From contig OZ059900.1 in NCBI GenBank assembly GCA_964057225.1, positions 2,790,001 to 2,854,000 on the forward strand: a stretch of DNA of 64,000 nt. The letters are read 5' to 3'. This DNA comes from Auanema rhodensis (Eukaryota; Animalia; Nematoda). Numbering within the stretch: the stretch's first letter is position 1; every line of letters starts with the position of its first letter. The translations under genes were made by a program, and so were the position numbers. Below, piece by piece: positions 26,201 through 41,100 of the stretch. The notes beneath the pieces are model-generated. The model had not been told where the DNA came from, ran no database searches, and was given only the letters and a program-made list of their open reading frames with translations.

Positions 26201-28790
26201 TGAGTCCAATTTGGCTAAATCGCTCATTTATATGATCAAAAGCATAGTTTTATTGTCTATGACAACAAAAGTCATCAATTAAACGCTAGTGATGTTTAAA
26301 TACTGATTTTCGCTCAAATAGCATTACTACACTAAGTATGGTCGTTTTTATGCCTTTAACACCATATACTCACCGATTTTTGGTACAAAATCTGTAATAC
26401 TTGTAAATTTTGATCATATTCGTTAAGATGCGAGAATCAAACACATAATACACGAAATAAGTCTAGTTTTATGAGTTTGCACTGATATTTATTCATTTTG
26501 ATCAAAAAAGGTCGAAAATAGAAAGAATTTTTGAAATTTCCGAGTTTTGAGTCCAATTTGGCTAAATCGCTCATATATATGATCAAAACCATTGTTTTAC
26601 TGTCTATGATAACGAAAGTCTTCAAATATACACTAGTAATGATTAAATCACTGAATTTCACTCAAATAGCATTACTACACTAAGTATGGTCGTTTTTATG
26701 CCTTTAACACCATATACTCACCGATTTTTGGTACAAAATCTGTAATACTTGTAAATTTCGATCATATTCGTTAAGATTTGAAAATCAAACACATAATACA
26801 CGAAATAAGTCTATTTTTACAAGTTTGCACTGATATTTATTCATTTTGATCAAAAAAGGTCGAAAATAGAAAGAATTTTTGAAATTTCCGAGTTTTGAGT
26901 CCAATTTGGCTAAATCGCTCATTTATATGATCAAAAGCATAGTTTTATTGTCTATGACAACATAAGTCATCAATTAAACGCTAGTGATGTTTAAATACTG
27001 AATTTCGCTCAAATAGCATTACTACACTAAGTATGGTCGTTTTTATGCCTTTAACACCATATACTCACCGATTTTTGGTACAAAATCTGTAATACTCGTA
27101 AATTTTGATCATATTCGTTCAGATTTGAGAATCAAACATACAATACACAAAATGAGTCTATTTTTATGAGCTTGCACTGATATATATTCATTTTGATCAA
27201 AAAAGGTCGAAAATAGAAAGAATTTTTGAAATTTCCGAGTTTTGAGTCTAATTTGGCTAAATCGCTCATTTATATGATCAGAAGCATAGTTTTATTGTCT
27301 ATGACAACAAAAGTCATCAATTAAACGCTAGTGATGTTTAAATACTGATTTTCGCTCAAATAGCATTACTACACTAAGTATGGTCGTTTTTATGCCTTTA
27401 ACACCATATACTCACCGATTTTTGGTACAAAATCTGTAATACTTGTAAATTTTGATCATATTCGTTAAGATTCGAGAATCAAACACATAATACACGAAAT
27501 AAGTCTAGTTGTATGAGTTTGCACTGATATTTATTCATTTTGATCAAAAAAGGTCGAAAATAGAAAGAATTTTTGAATTTTCCGAGTTTTGAGTCCAATT
27601 GGGCTAAATCGCTCATATATATGATCAATACCATTGTTTTACTGTCTATGATAACAAAAGTCTTCAAATATACACTAATAATGTGTAAATCACTGAATTT
27701 CACTCAAATAGCATTACTACACTAAGTATGGTCGTTTTTATGCCTTTAACACCATATACTCACCGATTTTTGGTACAAAATCTGTAATACTTGTAAATTT
27801 TGATCATATTCGTTAAGATTCGAGAATCAAACACATAATAGACGAAATAAGTCTATTTTTATGAGTTTGCACTGATATTTATTCATTTTGATCAAAAAAG
27901 GTCGAAAATAGAAAGAATTTTTGAAATTTCCGAGTTTTGAGTCTAATTTGGCTAAATCGCTCATATATATGATCAGAAGCATAGTTTTATTGTCTATGAC
28001 AACAAAAATCATCAATTAAACGCTAGTGATGTTTAAATACTGATTTTCGCTCAAATAGCATTACTACACTAAGTATGGTCGTTTTTATGCCTTTAACACC
28101 ATATACTCACCGATTTTTGGTACAAAATCTGTAATACTCGTAAATTTTGATCATATTCGTTAAGATTTGAGAATCAAACATACAATACACAAAATGAGTC
28201 TATTTTTATGAGCTTGCACTGATATATATTCATTTTGATCAAAAAAGGTCGAAAATAGAAAGAATTTTTGAAATTTCCGAGTTTTGAGTCTAATTTGGCT
28301 AAATCGCTCATATATATGATCAAAAGCATAGTTTTACTGTCTATGATAACAAAAGTCTTCAAATATACACTAATAATAATTAAATCACTGAATTTCAGTC
28401 AAATAGCATTACTACACTAAGTATGGTCGTTTTTATGCCTTTAACACCATATACTCACCGATTTTTGGTACAAAATCTGTAATACTTGTAAATTCTGATC
28501 ATATTCGTTAAGATTCGAGAATCAAACACATAATACACGAAATAAGTCTAGTTGTATGAGTTTGCACTGATATTTATTCATTTTGATCAAAAAAGGTCGA
28601 AAATAGAAAGAATTTTTGAATTTTCCGAGTTTTGAGTCCAATTGGGCTAAATCGCTCATATATATGATCAAAACCATTGTTTTACTGTCTATGATAACAA
28701 AAGTCTTCAAATATACACTAATAATGTGTAAATCACTGAATTTCACTCAAATAGCATTACTACACTAAGTATGGTCGTTTTTATGCCTTT

Positions 28791-31700
28791 AACACCATAT
28801 ACTCACCGATTTTTGGTACAAAATCTGTAATACTTGTAAATTTTGATCATATTCGTTAAGATTCGAGAATCAAACACATAATACACGAAATAAGTCTATT
28901 TTTATGAGTTTGCACTGATATTTATTCATTTTGATCAAAAAAGGTCGAAAATAGAAAGAATTTTCGAAATTTCCGAGTTTTGAGTCTAATTTGGCTAAAT
29001 CGCTCATATATATGATCAGAAGCATAGTTTTATTGTCTATGACAACAAAAATCATCAATTAAACGCTAGTGATGTTTAAATACTGATTTTCGCTCAAATA
29101 GCATTACTACACTAAGTATGGTCGTTTTTATGCCTTTAACACCATATACTCACCGATTTTTGGTACAAAATCTGTAATACTCGTAAATTTTGATCATATT
29201 CGTTAAGATTTGAGAATCAAACATACAATACACAAAATCAGTCTATTTTTATGAGCTTGCACTGATATATATTCATTTTGATCAAAAAAGTTCGAAAATA
29301 GAAAGAATTTTTGAAATTTCCGAGTTTTGAGTCTAATTTGGCTAAATCGCTCATATATATGATCAAAAGCATAGTTTTACTGTCTATGATAACAAAAGTC
29401 TTCAAATATACACTAATAATAATTAAATCACTGAATTTCACTCAAATAGCATTACTACACTAAGTATGGTCGTTTTTATGCCTTTAACACCATATACTCA
29501 CCGATTTTTGGTACAAAATCTGTGATACTCGTAAATTTTGATCATATTCGGTGAGATTCGAGAATCAAACACACAATACACGAAATAAGTTTATTTTTAC
29601 GAGTTTGCACTGATATTTATTCATTTTGATCAAAAAAGGTCGAAAATAGAAAGAATTTTTGAAATTTCCGAGTTTTGAGTCTAATTTGGCTAAATCGCTC
29701 ATATATATGATCAAAAGCATAGTTTTATTGTCTATGACAACAAAAGTCATCAATTAAACGCTAGTGATGTTTAAATACTGAATTTCGCTCAAATAGCATT
29801 ACTACACTAAGTATGGTCGTTTTTATGCCTTTAACACCATATACTCACCGATTTTTGGTACAAAATCTGTAATACTTGTAAATTTTGATCATATTCGTTA
29901 AGATTCGAGAATCAAACACATAATACACGAAATAAGTCTATTTTTATGAGTTTGCACTGATATTTATTCATTTTGATCAAAACAGGTCGAAAATAGAAAG
30001 AATTTTTGAAATTTCCGAGTTTTGAGTCCAATTTGGCTAAATCGCTCATATATAAGATCAAAAGCATAGTTTTATTGTCTATAACAACAAAAGTCATCAA
30101 TTAAACGCTAGTGATGTTTAAATACTGAATTTCGCTCAAATAGCATTACTACACTAAGTATGGTCGTTTTTATGCCTTTAACACCATATACTCACCGATT
30201 TTTGGTACAAAATCTGTAATACTCGTAAATTTTGATCATATTCGTTAAGATTTGAGAATCAAACATACAATACACAAAATCAGTCTATTTTTATGAGCTT
30301 GCACTGATATATATTCATTTTGATCAAAAAAGGTCGAAAATAGAAAGAATTTTTGAAATTTCCGAGTTTTGAGTCTAATTTGGCTAAATCGCTCATATAC
30401 ATGATCAGAAGCATAGTTTTATTGTCTATGACAACAAAAGTCATCAATTAAACGCTAGTGATGTTTAAATACTGATTTTCGCTCAAATAGCATTACTACA
30501 CTAAGTGTGGTCGTTTTTATGCCTTTAACACCATATACTCACCGATTTTTGGTACAAAATCTGTAATACTTGTAAATTTTGATCATATTCGTTAAGATTC
30601 GAGAATCAAACACATAATACACGAAATAAGTCTAGTTTTATGAGTTTGCACTGATATTTATTCATTTTGATCAAAAAAGGTCGAAAATAGAAAGAATTTT
30701 TGAATTTTCCGAGTTTTGAGTCCAATTTGGCTAAATCGCTCATATATATGATCAAAAGCATAGTTTTACTGTCTATGATAACAAAAGTCTTCAAATATAC
30801 ACTAATAATAATTAAATCACTGAATTTCACTCAAATAGCATTACTACACTAAGTATGGTCGTTTTTATGCCTTTAACACCATATACTCACCGATTTTTGG
30901 TACAAAATCTGTGATACTCGTAAATTTTGATCATATTCGGTGAGATTCGAGAATCAAACACACAATACACAAAATAAGTTTATTTTTACGAGTTTGCACT
31001 GATATTTATTCATTTTGATCAAAAAAGGTCGAAAATAGAAAGAATTTTTGAAATTTCCGAGTTTTGAGTCTAATTTGGCTAAATCGCTCATATATATGAT
31101 CAAAAGCATAGTTTTATTGTCTATGACAACAAAAGTCATCAATTAAACGCTAGTGATGTTTAAATACTGAATTTCGCTCAAATAGCATTACTACACTAAG
31201 TATGGTCGTTTTTATGCCTTTAACACCATATACTCACCGATTTTTGGTACAAAATCTGTAATACTTGTAAATTTTGATCATATTCGTTAAGATTCGAGAA
31301 TCAAACACATAATACACGAAATAAGTCTATTTTTATGAGTTTGCACTGATATTTAATCATTTTGATCAAAAAAGGTCGAAAATAGAAAGAATTTTTGAAA
31401 TTTCCGAGTTTTGAGTCCAATTTGGCTAAATCGCTCATATATAAGATCAAAAGCATAGTTTTATTGTCTATAACAACAAAAGTCATCAATCAAACGCTAG
31501 TGATGTTTAAATACTGAATTTCGCTCAAATAGCATTACTACACTAAGTATGGTCGTTTTTATGCCTTTAACACCATATACTCACCGATTTTTGGTACAAA
31601 ATCTGTAATACTCGTAAATTTTGATCATATTCGTTAAGATTCGAGAATCAAACACATAATACACGAAATAAGTCTAGTTTTATGAGCTTGCACTGATATA

Positions 31701-34700
31701 TATTCATTTTGATCAAAAAAGTTCGAAAATAGAAAGAATTTTTGAAATTTCCGAGTTTTGAGTCTAATTTGGCTAAATCGCTCATATATATGATCAAAAG
31801 CATAGTTTTACTGTCTATGATAACAAAAGTCTTCAAATATACACTAATAATAATTAAATCACTGAATTTCACTCAAATAGCATTACTACACTAAGTATGG
31901 TCGTTTTTATGCCTTTAACACCATATACTCACCGATTTTTGGTACAAAATCTGTAATACTTGTAAATTTTGATCATATTCGTTAAGATTCGAGAATCAAA
32001 CACATAATACACGAAATAAGTCTATTTTTATGAGTTTGCACTGATATTTATTCATTTTGATCAAAAAAGGTCGAAAATAGAAAGAATTTTTGAAATTTCC
32101 GAGTTTTGAGTCTAATTTGGCTAAATCGCTCATATATATGATCAGAAGCATAGTTTTATTGTCTATGACAACAAAAATCATCAATTAAACGCTAGTGATG
32201 TTTAAATACTGATTTTCGCTCAAATAGCATTACTACACTAAGTATGGTCGTTTTTATGCCTTTAACACCATATACTCACCGATTTTTGGTACAAAATCTG
32301 TAATACTCGTAAATTTTGATCATATTCGTTAAGATTTGAGAATCAAACATACAATACACAAAATCAGTCTATTTTTATGAGCTTGCACTGATATATATTC
32401 ATTTTGATCAAAAAAGTTCGAAAATAGAAAGAATTTTTGAAATTTCCGAGTTTTGAGTCTAATTTGGCTAAATCGCTCATATATATGATCAAAAGCATAG
32501 TTTTACTGTCTATGATAACAAAAGTCTTCAAATATACACTAATAATAATTAAATCACTGAATTTCACTCAAATAGCATTACTACACTAAGTATGGTCGTT
32601 TTTATGCCTTTAACACCATATACTCACCGATTTTTGGTACAAAATCTGTGATACTCGTAAATTTTGATCATATTCGGTGAGATTCGAGAATCAAACACAC
32701 AATACACGAAATAAGTTTATTTTTACGAGTTTGCACTGATATTTATTCATTTTGATCAAAAAAGGTCGAAAATAGAAAGAATTTTTGAAATTTCCGAGTT
32801 TTGAGTCTAATTTGGCTAAATCGCTCATATATATGATCAAAAGCATAGTTTTATTGTCTATGACAACAAAAGTCATCAATTAAACGCTAGTGATGTTTAA
32901 ATACTGAATTTCGCTCAAATAGCATTACTACACTAAGTATGGTCGTTTTTATGCCTTTAACACCATATACTCACCGATTTTTGGTACAAAATCTGTAATA
33001 CTTGTAAATTTTGATCATATTCGTTAAGATTCGAGAATCAAACACATAATACACGAAATAAGTCTATTTTTATGAGTTTGCACTGATATTTATTCATTTT
33101 GATCAAAACAGGTCGAAAATAGAAAGAATTTTTGAAATTTCCGAGTTTTGAGTCCAATTTGGCTAAATCGCTCATATATAAGATCAAAAGCATAGTTTTA
33201 TTGTCTATAACAACAAAAGTCATCAATTAAACGCTAGTGATGTTTAAATACTGAATTTCGCTCAAATAGCATTACTACACTAAGTATGGTCGTTTTTATG
33301 CCTTTAACACCATATACTCACCGATTTTTGGTACAAAATCTGTAATACTCGTAAATTTTGATCATATTCGTTAAGATTTGAGAATCAAACATACAATACA
33401 CAAAATCAGTCTATTTTTATGAGCTTGCACTGATATATATTCATTTTGATCAAAAAAGGTCGAAAATAGAAAGAATTTTTGAAATTTCCGAGTTTTGAGT
33501 CTAATTTGGCTAAATCGCTCATATACATGATCAGAAGCATAGTTTTATTGTCTATGACAACAAAAGTCATCAATTAAACGCTAGTGATGTTTAAATACTG
33601 ATTTTCGCTCAAATAGCATTACTACACTAAGTGTGGTCGTTTTTATGCCTTTAACACCATATACTCACCGATTTTTGGTACAAAATCTGTAATACTTGTA
33701 AATTTTGATCATATTCGTTAAGATTCGAGAATCAAACACATAATACACGAAATAAGTCTAGTTTTATGAGTTTGCACTGATATTTATTCATTTTGATCAA
33801 AAAAGGTCGAAAATAGAAAGAATTTTTGAATTTTCCGAGTTTTGAGTCCAATTTGGCTAAATCGCTCATATATATGATCAAAAGCATAGTTTTACTGTCT
33901 ATGATAACAAAAGTCTTCAAATATACACTAATAATAATTAAATCACTGAATTTCACTCAAATAGCATTACTACACTAAGTATGGTCGTTTTTATGCCTTT
34001 AACACCATATACTCACCGATTTTTGGTACAAAATCTGTGATACTCGTAAATTTTGATCATATTCGGTGAGATTCGAGAATCAAACACACAATACACGAAA
34101 TAAGTTTATTTTTACGAGTTTGCACTGATATTTATTCATTTTGATCAAAAAAGGTCGAAAATAGAAAGAATTTTTGAAATTTCCGAGTTTTGAGTCTAAT
34201 TTGGCTAAATCGCTCATATATATGATCAAAAGCATAGTTTTATTGTCTATGACAACAAAAGTCATCAATTAAACGCTAGTGATGTTTAAATACTGAATTT
34301 CGCTCAAATAGCATTACTACACTAAGTATGGTCGTTTTTATGCCTTTAACACCATATACTCACCGATTTTTGGTACAAAATCTGTAATACTTGTAAATTT
34401 TGATCATATTCGTTAAGATTCGAGAATCAAACACATAATACACGAAATAAGTCTATTTTTATGAGTTTGCACTGATATTTAATCATTTTGATCAAAAAAG
34501 GTCGAAAATAGAAAGAATTTTTGAAATTTCCGAGTTTTGAGTCCAATTTGGCTAAATCGCTCATATATAAGATCAAAAGCATAGTTTTATTGTCTATAAC
34601 AACAAAAGTCATCAATTAAACGCTAGTGATGTTTAAATACTGAATTTCGCTCAAATAGCATTACTACACTAAGTATGGTCGTTTTTATGCCTTTAACACC

Positions 34701-37700
34701 ATATACTCACCGATTTTTGGTACAAAATCTGTAATACTCGTAAATTTTGATCATATTCGTTAAGATTCGAGAATCAAACACATAATACACAAAATAAGTC
34801 TAGTTTTATGAGCTTGCACTGATATATATTCATTTTGATCAAAAAAGTTCGAAAATAGAAAGAATTTTTGAAATTTCCGAGTTTTGAGTCTAATTTGGCT
34901 AAATCGCTCATATATATGATCAAAAGCATAGTTTTACTGTCTATGATAACAAAAGTCTTCAAATATACACTAATAATAATTAAATCACTGAATTTCACTC
35001 AAATAGCATTACTACACTAAGTATGGTCGTTTTTATGCCTTTAACACCATATACTCACCGATTTTTGGTACAAAATCTGTGATACTCGTAAATTTTGATC
35101 ATATTCGGTGAGATGCGAGAATCAAACACACAATACACGAAATAAGTTTATTTTTACGAGTTTGCACTGATATTTATTCATTTTGATCAAAAAAGGTCGA
35201 AAATAGAAAGAATTTTTGAAATTTCCGAGTTTTGAGTCTAATTTGGCTAAATCGCTCATATATATGATCAGAAGCATAGTTTTATTGTCTATGACAACAA
35301 AAATCATCAATTAAACGCTAGTGATGTTTAAATACTGATTTTCGCTCAAATAGCATTACTACACTAAGTATGGTCGTTTTTATGCCTTTAACACCATATA
35401 CTCACCGATTTTTGGTACAAAATCTGTAATACTCGTAAATTTTGATCATATTCGTTAAGATTTGAGAATCAAACATACAATACACAAAATCAGTCTATTT
35501 TTATGAGCTTGCACTGATATATATTCATTTTGATCAAAAAAGTTCGAAAATAGAAAGAATTTTTGAAATTTCCGAGTTTTGAGTCCAATTTGGCTAAATC
35601 GCTCATATATAAGATCAAAAGCATAGTTTTATTGTCTATAACAACAAAAGTCATCAATTAAACGCTAGTGATGTTTAAATACTGAATTTCGCTCAAATAG
35701 CATTACTACACTAAGTATGGTCGTTTTTATGCCTTTAACACCATATACTCACCGATTTTTGGTACAAAATCTGTGATACTCGTAAATTTTGATCATATTC
35801 GGTGAGATTCGAGAATCAAACACACAATACACGAAATAAGTTTATTTTTACGAGTTTGCACTGATATTTATTCATTTTGATCAAAAAAGGTCGAAAATAG
35901 AAAGAATTTTTGAAATTTCCGAGTTTTGAGTCTAATTTGGCTAAATCGCTCATATATATGATCAAAAGCATAGTTTTATTGTCTATGACAACAAAAGTCA
36001 TCAATTAAACGCTAGTGATGTTTAAATACTGAATTTCGCTCAAATAGCATTACTACACTAAGTATGGTCGTTTTTATGCCTTTAACACCATATACTCACC
36101 GATTTTTGGTACAAAATCTGTAATACTTGTAAATTTTGATCATATTCGTTAAGATTCGAGAATCAAACACATAATACACGAAATAAGTCTATTTTTATGA
36201 GTTTGCACTGATATTTATTCATTTTGATCAAAACAGGTCGAAAATAGAAAGAATTTTTGAAATTTCCGAGTTTTGAGTCCAATTTGGCTAAATCGCTCAT
36301 ATATAAGATCAAAAGCATAGTTTTATTGTCTATAACAACAAAAGTCATCAATTAAACGCTAGTGATGTTTAAATACTGAATTTCGCTCAAATAGCATTAC
36401 TACACTAAGTATGGTCGTTTTTATGCCTTTAACACCATATACTCACCGATTTTTGGTACAAAATCTGTAATACTCGTAAATTTTGATCATATTCGTTAAG
36501 ATTTGAGAATCAAACATACAATACACAAAATCAGTCTATTTTTATGAGCTTGCACTGATATATATTCATTTTGATCAAAAAAGGTCGAAAATAGAAAGAA
36601 TTTTTGAAATTTCCGAGTTTTGAGTCTAATTTGGCTAAATCGCTCATATACATGATCAGAAGCATAGTTTTATTGTCTATGACAACAAAAGTCATCAATT
36701 AAACGCTAGTGATGTTTAAATACTGATTTTCGCTCAAATAGCATTACTACACTAAGTGTGGTCGTTTTTATGCCTTTAACACCATATACTCACCGATTTT
36801 TGGTACAAAATCTGTAATACTTGTAAATTTTGATCATATTCGTTAAGATTCGAGAATCAAACACATAATACACGAAATAAGTCTAGTTTTATGAGTTTGC
36901 ACTGATATTTATTCATTTTGATCAAAAAAGGTCGAAAATAGAAAGAATTTTTGAATTTTCCGAGTTTTGAGTCCAATTTGGCTAAATCGCTCATATATAT
37001 GATCAAAAGCATAGTTTTACTGTCTATGATAACAAAAGTCTTCAAATATACACTAATAATAATTAAATCACTGAATTTCACTCAAATAGCATTACTACAC
37101 TAAGTATGGTCGTTTTTATGCCTTTAACACCATATACTCACCGATTTTTGGTACAAAATCTGTGATACTCGTAAATTTTGATCATATTCGGTGAGATTCG
37201 AGAATCAAACACACAATACACGAAATAAGTTTATTTTTACGAGTTTGCACTGATATTTATTCATTTTGATCAAAAAAGGTCGAAAATAGAAAGAATTTTT
37301 GAAATTTCCGAGTTTTGAGTCTAATTTGGCTAAATCGCTCATATATATGATCAAAAGCATAGTTTTATTGTCTATGACAACAAAAGTCATCAATTAAACG
37401 CTAGTGATGTTTAAATACTGAATTTCGCTCAAATAGCATTACTACACTAAGTATGGTCGTTTTTATGCCTTTAACACCATATACTCACCGATTTTTGGTA
37501 CAAAATCTGTAATACTTGTAAATTTTGATCATATTCGTTAAGATTCGAGAATCAAACACATAATACACGAAATAAGTCTATTTTTATGAGTTTGCACTGA
37601 TATTTAATCATTTTGATCAAAAAAGGTCGAAAATAGAAAGAATTTTTGAAATTTCCGAGTTTTGAGTCCAATTTGGCTAAATCGCTCATATATAAGATCA

Positions 37701-38167
37701 AAAGCATAGTTTTATTGTCTATAACAACAAAAGTCATCAATTAAACGCTAGTGATGTTTAAATACTGAATTTCGCTCAAATAGCATTACTACACTAAGTA
37801 TGGTCGTTTTTATGCCTTTAACACCATATACTCACCGATTTTTGGTACAAAATCTGTAATACTCGTAAATTTTGATCATATTCGTTAAGATTCGAGAATC
37901 AAACACATAATACACGAAATAAGTCTAGTTTTATGAGCTTGCACTGATATATATTCATTTTGATCAAAAAAGTTCGAAAATAGAAAGAATTTTTGAAATT
38001 TCCGAGTTTTGAGTCTAATTTGGCTAAATCGCTCATATATATGATCAAAAGCATAGTTTTACTGTCTATGATAACAAAAGTCTTCAAATATACACTAATA
38101 ATAATTAAATCACTGAATTTCACTCAAATAGCATTACTACACTAAGTATGGTCGTTTTTATGCCTTT
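28791..38167 (+). repeat. 9-mer HOR, three tandem copies (3126, 3126, 3125 bp), with a partial copy continuing to ~39.5 kb
   Basis: Unit starts at 28791, 31917, 35043 and 38168. Markers aaaCagg (~29981, 33107, 36232), atttaAtcat (~31351, 34477, 37602) and taagtGtgg (~30502, 33628, 36753, 39184). Confidence 0.93.
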
Positions 38168-41100
38168 AACACCATATACTCACCGATTTTTGGTACAAAA
38201 TCTGTGATACTCGTAAATTTTGATCATATTCGGTGAGATTCGAGAATCAAACACACAATACACGAAATAAGTTTATTTTTACGAGTTTGCACTGATATTT
38301 ATTCATTTTGATCAAAAAAGGTCGAAAATAGAAAGAATTTTTGAAATTTCCGAGTTTTGAGTCTAATTTGGCTAAATCGCTCATATATATGATCAAAAGC
38401 ATAGTTTTATTGTCTATGACAACAAAAGTCATCAATTAAACGCTAGTGATGTTTAAATACTGAATTTCGCTCAAATAGCATTACTACACTAAGTATGGTC
38501 GTTTTTATGCCTTTAACACCATATACTCACCGATTTTTGGTACAAAATCTGTAATACTTGTAAATTTTGATCATATTCGTTAAGATTCGAGAATCAAACA
38601 CATAATACACGAAATAAGTCTATTTTTATGAGTTTGCACTGATATTTATTCATTTTGATCAAAAAAGGTCGAAAATTGAAAGAATTTTTGAAATTTCCGA
38701 GTTTTGAGTCCAATTTGGCTAAATCGCTCATATATAAGATCAAAAGCATAGTTTTATTGTCTATAACAACAAAAGTCATCAATTAAACGCTAGTGATGTT
38801 TAAATACTGAATTTCGCTCAAATAGCATTACTACACTAAGTATGGTCGTTTTTATGCCTTTAACACCATATACTCACCGATTTTTGGTACAAAATCTGTA
38901 ATACTCGTAAATTTTGATCATATTCGTTAAGATTTGAGAATCAAACATACAATACACAAAATCAGTCTATTTTTATGAGCTTGCACTGATATATATTCAT
39001 TTTGATCAAAAAAGGTCGAAAATAGAAAGAATTTTTGAAATTTCCGAGTTTTGAGTCTAATTTGGCTAAATCGCTCATATACATGATCAGAAGCATAGTT
39101 TTATTGTCTATGACAACAAAAGTCATCAATTAAACGCTAGTGATGTTTAAATACTGATTTTCGCTCAAATAGCATTACTACACTAAGTGTGGTCGTTTTT
39201 ATGCCTTTAACACCATATACTCACCGATTTTTGGTACAAAATCTGTAGTACTTGTAAATTTTGATCATATTCGTTAAGATTCGAGAATCAAACACATAAT
39301 ACACGAAATAAGTCTAGTTTCATGAGTTTGCACTGATATTTATTCATTTTGATCAAAAAAGGTCGAAAATAGAAAGAATTTTTGAATTTTCCGAGTTTTG
39401 AGTCCAATTGGGCTAAATCGCTCATATATATGATCAAAAGCATAGTTTTACTGTCTATGATAACAAAAGTCTTCAAATATACACTAATAATGTGTAAATC
39501 ACTGAATTTCACTCAAATAGCATTACTACACTAAGTATGGTCGTTTTTATGCCTTTAACACCATATACTCACCGATTTTTGGTACAAAATCTGTAATACT
39601 TGTAAATTTTGATCATATTTGTTAAGATTCGAGAATCAAACACATAATACACGAAATAAGTCTATTTTTACAAGTTTGCACTGATATTTATTCATTTTGA
39701 TCAAAAAAGGTCGAAAATAGAAAGAATTTTTGAAATTTCCGAGTTTTGAGTCCAATTTGGCTAAATCGCTCATATATAAGATCAAAAGCATAGTTTTATT
39801 GTCTATAACAACAAAAGTCATCAATTAAACGCTAGTGATGTTTAAATACTGAATTTCGCTCAAATAGCATTACTACACTAAGTATGGTCGTTTTTATGCC
39901 TTTAACACCATATACTCACCGATTTTTGGTACAAAATCTGTAATACTCGTAAATTTTGATCATATTCGTTCAGATTTGAGAATCAAACATACAATACACA
40001 AAATGAGTCTATTTTTATGAGCTTGCACTGATATATATTCATTTTGATCAAAAAAGGTCGAAAATAGAAAGAATTTTTGAAATTTCCGAGTTTTGAGTCT
40101 AATTTGGCTAAATCGCTCATTTATATGATCAGAAGCATAGTTTTATTGTCTATGACAACAAAAGTCATCAATTAAACGCTAGTGATGTTTAAATACTGAT
40201 TTTCGCTCAAATAGCATTACTACACTAAGTATGGTCGTTTTTATGCCTTTAACACCATATACTCACCGATTTTTGGTACAAAATCTGTAATACTTGTAAA
40301 TTTTGATCATATTCGTTAAGATTCGAGAATCAAACACATAATACACGAAATAAGTCTAGTTGTATGAGTTTGCACTGATATTTATTCATTTTGATCAAAA
40401 AAGGTCGAAAATAGAAAGAATTTTTGAATTTTCCGAGTTTTGAGTCCAATTGGGCTAAATCGCTCATATATATGATCAAAACCATTGTTTTACTGTCTAT
40501 GATAACAAAAGTCTTCAAATATACACTAATAATGTGTAAATCACTGAAATTCACTCAAATAGCATTACTACACTAAGTATGGTCGTTTTTATGCCTTTAA
40601 CACCATATACTCACCGATTTTTGGTACAAAATCTGTAATACTTGTAAATTTTGATCATATTCGTTAAGATTCGAGAATCAAACACATAATACACGAAATA
40701 AGTCTATTTTTATGAGTTTGCACTGATATTTATTCATTTTGATCAAAAAAGGTCGAAAATAGAAAGAATTTTTGAAATTTCCGAGTTTTGAGTCTAATTT
40801 GGCTAAATCGCTCATATATATGATCAGAAGCATAGTTTTATTGTCTATGACAACAAAAATCATCAATTAAACGCTAGTGATGTTTAAATACTGATTTTCG
40901 CTCAAATAGCATTACTACACTAAGTATGGTCGTTTTTATGCCTTTAACACCATATACTCACCGATTTTTGGTACAAAATCTGTAATACTCGTAAATTTTG
41001 ATCATATTCGTTAAGATTTGAGAATCAAACATACAATACACAAAATGAGTCTATTTTTATGAGCTTGCACTGATATATATTCATTTTGATCAAAAAAGGT

